Shown in pieces: positions 58,654 through 64,000 of a stretch of DNA of 64,000 nt (within the stretch, counting starts at the first letter, position 1; each line of letters starts with the position of its first letter). Source of the DNA: Verrucomicrobiales bacterium (lineage in GTDB: Bacteria; Verrucomicrobiota; Verrucomicrobiia; Verrucomicrobiales; V1-33); assembly GCA_028293125.1 (NCBI GenBank), contig JAQGPJ010000079.1, positions 5,817 through 69,816 on the forward strand, read 5' to 3'. Position numbers and translations under genes: made by a program. A model generated the notes under the pieces. The model saw only the letters and a program-made list of their open reading frames with translations, made no database searches and was not told the DNA's origin.

Positions 58654-59514
58654 ATGAAATTCGTTATCGCCAGTCAGCTTGATTATGAGGTCAGCAGCCC
58701 CCTGACCTTTTTGCTCAGTGTCCGGGCCCAGCATTGTCCGGGCCAGGAAATTCTTTGGGAGCGGTTCAGCGTTTCTCTGCATGTGCCGCATCAGCTTCAG
58801 GAATGCTCCGCCACCGGCACGCGGTTCGACCGCGTTTTTGCGGAGATCCCGGGGCTATACACGGTCCGTTACGAAGCCGAAGTGGAAAGAATATCCGAAC
58901 GTCTGCCCGCCGGCGTGCTGCCCGTTCAGGGGCCGGAGACCTTTGGCCCGGAGGTGCTCCCTTATCTTTATCCCAGCCGCTACTGCCAATCGGATCGCAT
59001 CGGCAACCTTTCCTATGATCTCTTCGGAGATATCAGGACCCCTGAGGAGCAGGTGCGGGCGGTGACGGACTGGATCGCCAGCCGGATCAATTATGTCAGC
59101 GGTTCCACGACCAACCAGACCAGCGCGGTGGACACCTTGGTGGAGCGGGCCGGGGTCTGCCGCGACTTTGCCCATCTCGGTATCGCGCTCTGCCGGTCGC
59201 TGAATATTCCCGCCCGGTATTTCACCGGCTATGCCCACGATCTGCAGCCGCCTGATTTCCATGCCTGTTTTGAGACATGGGTGGGAGGACGCTGGATCCT
59301 CCAGGACGCCACCCGGCTGGCCTCCCCGGAGGGCGTGGTGCGCATCGGCATGGGGCGTGACGCCTCGGACTGCTCGGTGTGCACCGCCTTTGGCTCCATG
59401 AGACTGCTGAATCAGTCAGTGGAGTGCCATGCGGCCGATCCCGGATTCCAAAAAATGACTCCGGAGGAGCTGGCCGCATTTTCTGTCAGCTTGGAACCGC
59501 CGCCAAACCTATGA
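58654..59514 (+). CDS. Transglutaminase-like cysteine peptidase family protein
   Basis: ATG at 58654. Catalytic Cys in GVCRDFAHLGIALCRSLNIPARYFTGY, then FHACFETW and the ILQDATR His/Asp region. Confidence 0.8.
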   Translation: MKFVIASQLDYEVSSPLTFLLSVRAQHCPGQEILWERFSVSLHVPHQLQECSATGTRFDRVFAEIPGLYTVRYEAEVERISERLPAGVLPVQGPETFGPEVLPYLYPSRYCQSDRIGNLSYDLFGDIRTPEEQVRAVTDWIASRINYVSGSTTNQTSAVDTLVERAGVCRDFAHLGIALCRSLNIPARYFTGYAHDLQPPDFHACFETWVGGRWILQDATRLASPEGVVRIGMGRDASDCSVCTAFGSMRLLNQSVECHAADPGFQKMTPEELAAFSVSLEPPPNL

Positions 59515-60443
59515 ACAGAGAGATGTCCGAAGCCGTGAGCCGCTTGAAAATCGAGCATATTACCCGCTATCGGTACACCGCGCCCGTGAGTTTCGGCCTG
59601 CACCGTCTGGTGCTGCGGCCGCGGGAAGGGCACCGCACCACTGTGGTCAGCCACAAGCTCCGACTGTGGCCGCAGGCCTCACTCACTTGGATGACGGATG
59701 TGTTCGGCAATCACATCGCTTTTGCCGAATTTCTGGAGCATTCCGATGAGATGACGGTCATCAATGAAGTGATCATGGATCTGTTGGATCCGGAGACGGA
59801 TGAGGGAGCGGCGTCCATGCCCCGTCCGTCCACCGTCACCCTGCCGGTGTCCTATCTGCAGTCGGAGAAAGCAGTGGTGGAGGCCTACGCCGTGCCGGTT
59901 TACCCTGACGAGCTGGAACAGGTCCGGCAATGGACGGAGCAGGTTCTCAGCACTCATCCCACGTCCACCGCCATGGAGGCCGTCCAAACCATCAACACCG
60001 CCATCCACCGGCTGATCACCTACCGGCGCCGCGAGGAGCCGGGCGTGCAGAGCCCGGGGGCCACGCTGGCGCTTTCCAGCGGCTCTTGCCGTGACATGGC
60101 CACGCTGGGCATGGAGGCGGTGCGCAGTCTGGGGCTGGCAGCGCGTTTTGTGAGCGGCTATGTGGAGAGCACGGCCTCCGCCGCCGGGCGCGGCTCCACC
60201 CATGCCTGGCTGGAGGCCTATCTGCCGGATTCCGGGTGGTGCGGTTTTGATCCCACCTCCGGTCGGGCCACCGGCCTGCGCCATATCCCCCTGGGGGTCA
60301 GCAGTCACCCGCGCGGTGTCATGCCTGTCAGCGGCACGTACGATGGGAGCAACGGCCGCAGCACCGGGCTCTCTGTCAGCCTCACCATCAGCAGGAGCGG
60401 ACCGGGCGGCGTGTTTTCTGCTGACAACCTGTGCCCCGCCTGA
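59511..60443 (+). CDS. Transglutaminase family protein (Bact_transglu_N plus transglutaminase core)
   Basis: ATGA overlap with the upstream gene. N-domain LKIEHITRYRYTAPVSFGLHRLVLRPREGH. Core GSCRDMATLGMEAVRSLGLAARFVSGY..THAWLEAYLPDSGWCGFDPTSG. Confidence 0.85.
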   Translation: MNREMSEAVSRLKIEHITRYRYTAPVSFGLHRLVLRPREGHRTTVVSHKLRLWPQASLTWMTDVFGNHIAFAEFLEHSDEMTVINEVIMDLLDPETDEGAASMPRPSTVTLPVSYLQSEKAVVEAYAVPVYPDELEQVRQWTEQVLSTHPTSTAMEAVQTINTAIHRLITYRRREEPGVQSPGATLALSSGSCRDMATLGMEAVRSLGLAARFVSGYVESTASAAGRGSTHAWLEAYLPDSGWCGFDPTSGRATGLRHIPLGVSSHPRGVMPVSGTYDGSNGRSTGLSVSLTISRSGPGGVFSADNLCPA

Positions 60444-60454
60444 TTTCACAGCTT

Positions 60455-61654
60455 ATGGATCTGCGATCGGGACATCCTTATTGGCTGCTGAGGAATGGTC
60501 TGCCCTCCTCTTTCCCCGCTTTGACCAAGGATCTGAAGTGCGATGTGCTGGTTATCGGAGCCGGCATCACTGGAGCGTTGGTGGCCTTTCATCTGGTGGA
60601 GGCCGGCTTTTCCACTGTGATCACGGACAAGCATGGAACCGCCTGGGGCAGCACCGCCGCCAGCACCGCTTTGCTTCAGTATGACATGGACACCCCTCTC
60701 TGTGGGCTGATTGACCGGTTGGGCCAGTCCCGTGCGGTGCGCGCCTATCTGGCCTCCCGCGACGCCATCGGCAAGCTGCACGGGCTGGCAAAACAGCTGC
60801 CCGACGACTGCGGGTTCGGGCTGCGGCCCAGTCTTTATGTCGCCCCGGACGCCGGTTCCCTGGACCTCATGCGGCGGGAGTATGACACCCGGCGGCATTA
60901 TGGATTTGCGGTCGAGTGGTGCAGTCCCCAGGACCTCCGGCAACGGGTGGGCTTCGAGCGTCCGGGAGCTATATACTCCAAGGAAGGAGGGCAGGTTGAC
61001 CCTTACCGTCTCACATGGCAGCTCCTGCTGGAGGGCCGGCGGAAAGGGCTGCATGTCTTTGACCGCACTCCGGTCACAGAGTATGATTTCACCGCCAATG
61101 GCGTCAGCGCCCGCACCGGCAAAGGCCGCACCATTCTGGCCAAACATATTATTTTCGCCACTGGTTATGAGGCCACGGAGCTGCTGGACCGCCGGATTGT
61201 GGATCTGAAAAGCAGCTACGCCCTGGTCAGCGAGCCGCTCTCCGGCACACCCTGGCCGGATGAGTGTCTGATCCGTGAGCACGCCGATCCCTGCCTGTAT
61301 TTCAGGACCACCGACGACCACCGGGTGATCATCGGGGGCGGGGACGAGCCTTTCCGGAATCCCGAGAAACGCGACGCGCTGATCCCTGCCAAAACCAAAC
61401 TGTTGCTGGAAAAATTCGGAAGCTACTTCCCCCGTCTTCCGTTGGAGACCGCTTTCGCCTGGGCCGGCACTTTTGGGGAAACCCGTGATGGCCTGGCCTC
61501 CATCGGACAGGTTCCGGAATATCCCCGCGCCTTCTTCACGCTGGGCTTTGGCGGCAATGGCATCACCTACAGCCTTCTGGCCGCCGAAATCATCCGCGAC
61601 ACTCTCCAAGGCGTCCGCAGCCCTTATGACGGACTTTTTGGATTCAACCGGTAG
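60455..61654 (+). CDS. FAD-dependent oxidoreductase (DAO family)
   Basis: ATG at 60455. Dinucleotide motif CDVLVIGAGITGALVAFHLVEAG. DAO-like length of about 400 aa. Alternative GTG start at 60431. Confidence 0.85.
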   Translation: MDLRSGHPYWLLRNGLPSSFPALTKDLKCDVLVIGAGITGALVAFHLVEAGFSTVITDKHGTAWGSTAASTALLQYDMDTPLCGLIDRLGQSRAVRAYLASRDAIGKLHGLAKQLPDDCGFGLRPSLYVAPDAGSLDLMRREYDTRRHYGFAVEWCSPQDLRQRVGFERPGAIYSKEGGQVDPYRLTWQLLLEGRRKGLHVFDRTPVTEYDFTANGVSARTGKGRTILAKHIIFATGYEATELLDRRIVDLKSSYALVSEPLSGTPWPDECLIREHADPCLYFRTTDDHRVIIGGGDEPFRNPEKRDALIPAKTKLLLEKFGSYFPRLPLETAFAWAGTFGETRDGLASIGQVPEYPRAFFTLGFGGNGITYSLLAAEIIRDTLQGVRSPYDGLFGFNR

Positions 61655-61943
61655 TCATCCGGAACTCCGGCGTCCGGAGGTCTCGTGGTCGGTATAAACG
61701 GGAAGCGGTTTGCTGCGTGGAACCGTTTTAATAATTAAGATTGGAAGTGTAATTTGCTCTCTGTTTAACTCCCTTGTCATTGCCACAGCCGGCAAAAATT
61801 AATCAAACCCTCATGATCCTGATGATTTCAGGAAAGTCAACCGGTCGGGAATTAAAAATACGCTCATTTTCAATCAAATCTGCTTGAAACCTTGTGGCAA
61901 CGTGGGACAAAGCTGTCCGCTTATCTTTTTCCCCGAACTTTCT

Positions 61944-63872
61944 ATGAAAACACGCTCTTTGGGCAAAGCTGCCCCCCTGGGTTTGCTCCTTCTCCTTCCT
62001 TCCTTTGCCTCCGCTGATTTTTATCAGGCACCCTTCGGTCCTGGCGGCACTTGGAACGTCTATGAAACCGTGGGCACCGCCGCCACTTTCAAAGACGCCC
62101 TCACGGCAGCCAAGGCCAAGGTTGATCCCGTCAATGGCACAGTCAACGGCACGCTCGTCTCTGTGATCAGCCAGGGTGAGAACGACATGCTCCGCACCAT
62201 CCGCGGCGGGGCCGACACTTGGATTGGTCTCAGCGACCGTGAGGGTGTGGCCGTTGGAGCCCAGGAGTCCCAGACCGCCGGCACTCCGGGCAACCTGTCC
62301 TCCGGATGGGCTTGGACCTCCGGCGAGCCTTTCGTCTACAAAAACTGGGGTGGCGGTGAGCCCAACAACGCCGGGGACGCCGAGGACGCCGGCCAGCTGC
62401 GCGGCGACGGCTTCTGGAACGACAACGCTTCCGGTTACGGTCTGAACGAGCCCAGCGCCCCTGTCCTGCAGACTGGCACCTCCCAAGCCGAGGGAACCGC
62501 CGCCTTCGGGTATGTGGTTGAATACTTCAAACAGTCCGCCACTCCGATTCCCGGAATCGCCTTGGCCACAGTGCTGCCGGCTGCCGGAACCATTCCCGGC
62601 CCCGGTGGCGGCGCTGGCACGTGGGGGGTCCGCGAAGTGAGCGGCATCACCATCGCCGGCAATATTGTGGATGCCGTCAACCAGCTCAAATCGAATGCGG
62701 GCACCTCCGTCATCGGTCAACTGCCCAAACTGGATGTGGGTGATCCCCAGACCAATGGCCAGGGTGGTCCTGCTCTGGCCGGCGCGGTGACCCCTTTTCT
62801 GTCCAACACCGACGGCGACGACAACAATCTGGCCACCATCGCCAAAGGAAAGATCAGTGTCACCCAGGCCGGCACCTACACCTTCCAAGTGCACTCCGAC
62901 GACGGTTTTGCGCTCCGCGTAGTTGGACAGCAGTTCGAAAGTGTCAACGGTGCGGGGTACATGGACCCGGTGGACAAGTCCACCATGACCTTCAACGTGG
63001 GCACAGGTGACTCCAACACCCGCGGCGTCATCAATCTTGCCGCCGGGGAATACGATCTGGAATTTGTCCATTTCGAAGGCGGCGGCGGCGCCTATTATGA
63101 AGTGACCTCCGCCCAAGGCGCCATTACGGATGCCAACGGAGCCCAGTGGACCGCTGTCGGTGACACTGCGGTCAAGGGTGCCCGTGCTGTTGATGTGGTC
63201 CGCCTGACAGGTGCCGCCACAGTGGCCAACGCCGCCAAGCCTGGCGACAACAACCTCGCCACCGCCACCGCCGCCATTGAGACCGCCATCGGCAACAACA
63301 CAGCGGTGACCAAGGCTTTCACCACGTTGAATGTTCCCGAGGCGGACATGCCCATCGCTGACAAGGACAACTATGCCACCAAGGTGACGGGCCAGATCAG
63401 GCTGGATGACGCCGACGGCACCGCGGGCGAAGCGATCAAGATCACCTTCAACCTCCAGGCCGATGACGGAGCCTCGCTCCGGATTCTGGGCAAGGACTTC
63501 ACCGTGGCCACCGACTTCACTGGCGATGGCGTTGCGGTGCTGGAGGAAGTGAGTGGCGATGCAACGCTGAAGGCCGACTATCCCACCGGCAACACCAACG
63601 CTTTCGGCCTCATCGAACTGACCGAGGGTGAGCTTTACGACTTCGCGGCCTACCACAGCGAGGGTGGCGGCGGCTCCCAGTTCCAGCTGTGGTATGCCGT
63701 CGGCGACTACACCGGCACCGGTTTTGATCCCGCTGTCTTCCGGGTGCTCTCCACCGGCTCCGACGCCATCCTGGCGGCGAACACCGGTCTGGCGCTGGTT
63801 CCGGAGCCCTCCACCACCGGCCTCTTCGGCCTTGCGGCGCTGGGTCTGCTGGGCCGCCGCCGCCGCAAGTGA
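61944..63872 (+). CDS. PEP-CTERM-anchored secreted protein with C-type-lectin-like domain and two PA14-like domains
   Basis: Signal peptide MKTRSLGKAAPLGLLLLLPSFASA. C-type-lectin-like WIGLSDRE..WAWTSGEPFVYKNWGGGEPNN..FWNDN. PA14-like GTYTFQVHSDDGFALRVVG and ITFNLQADDGASLRILG. C-terminal VPEPSTTGLFGLAALGLLGRRRRK. Confidence 0.8.
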   Translation: MKTRSLGKAAPLGLLLLLPSFASADFYQAPFGPGGTWNVYETVGTAATFKDALTAAKAKVDPVNGTVNGTLVSVISQGENDMLRTIRGGADTWIGLSDREGVAVGAQESQTAGTPGNLSSGWAWTSGEPFVYKNWGGGEPNNAGDAEDAGQLRGDGFWNDNASGYGLNEPSAPVLQTGTSQAEGTAAFGYVVEYFKQSATPIPGIALATVLPAAGTIPGPGGGAGTWGVREVSGITIAGNIVDAVNQLKSNAGTSVIGQLPKLDVGDPQTNGQGGPALAGAVTPFLSNTDGDDNNLATIAKGKISVTQAGTYTFQVHSDDGFALRVVGQQFESVNGAGYMDPVDKSTMTFNVGTGDSNTRGVINLAAGEYDLEFVHFEGGGGAYYEVTSAQGAITDANGAQWTAVGDTAVKGARAVDVVRLTGAATVANAAKPGDNNLATATAAIETAIGNNTAVTKAFTTLNVPEADMPIADKDNYATKVTGQIRLDDADGTAGEAIKITFNLQADDGASLRILGKDFTVATDFTGDGVAVLEEVSGDATLKADYPTGNTNAFGLIELTEGELYDFAAYHSEGGGGSQFQLWYAVGDYTGTGFDPAVFRVLSTGSDAILAANTGLALVPEPSTTGLFGLAALGLLGRRRRK

Positions 63873-63909
63873 GAAGCCGGGCGCTTCATTCTTGAATCAG
63901 TCAACCTCC

Positions 63910-63950
63910 GGGCGGACTCTGTGAAAGCGGAGTCCGCCCCTTTCTTTTTC
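63910..63950 (+). terminator. Rho-independent terminator
   Basis: gggcggactc / gagtccgccc 10-bp stem followed by ctttcttttt. Confidence 0.65.
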
Positions 63951-64000
63951 CGCAAATCCCTTTCCCCCTCCGCCGCCTTATGCGCATTCGCATTCCCTTC

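Noticed and set aside
61741-61758. Sigma-54-like motif TTGGAAGTGTAATTTGCT upstream of the PEP-CTERM lectin gene. A similar TGGCACatccaTGCC occurs at 50338-50352.
   Set aside because: The GG-to-GC spacing is off by one nucleotide in both. The 50338 motif also points away from any gene.
63980-64000. ATG CGC ATT CGC ATT CCC TTC at the window edge, possibly a new gene start
   Set aside because: Only seven codons are visible, so it cannot be supported.

Overview
GC-rich bacterial chromosomal window, roughly 60-70% GC in the lines I hand-counted. Its content fits a Verrucomicrobiota-like genome: a PEP-CTERM-anchored lectin, a giant LTD/CotH secreted protein, a W-rich-repeat lipoprotein and an RRM glycine-rich RNA-binding protein. 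That taxonomic call is inference only.

I can support about 45 protein-coding genes. Most are housekeeping: cdd, a XerC/D-type recombinase, an aminotransferase, ribE, gpmI, cysS, clpC, a yifB-like ATPase, PBP1A, a hemX-like gene with hemA and hemC, and a monomeric icd. There are also:
- an OmpR/HK pair;
- a three-gene phosphorelay ending in a sigma-54 activator;
- two clusters of small general-stress-type proteins;
- several large secreted or repetitive proteins.

I found no rRNA, tRNA, CRISPR array, IS element or prophage.

The best candidate for an uncharacterised system is a low-GC (about 40-47%), two-gene, translationally coupled island at 16.96-18.9 kb, wedged between gpmI and cysS. It encodes a TcmP-like protein with a methyltransferase-like layout and a three-Cys Gp37/Gp68 (DUF5131) protein. 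This could be a horizontally acquired nucleic-acid modification or defence-type module.

Other points worth a second look:
- an orphan vsr;
- a divergent pair of exported atypical kinase-like proteins (CotH and a PEP/pyruvate-binding ATP-grasp);
- a candidate -24/-12 promoter linking the sigma-54 phosphorelay to a stress-protein cluster;
- three frameshifted or truncated genes (ECF sigma remnant, VanW/glycosyltransferase-like gene, NadS/HigA-like antitoxin remnant);
- a 1.1 kb ORF-free region upstream of clpC.

All functional calls come from reading motifs by eye. No database search was run.
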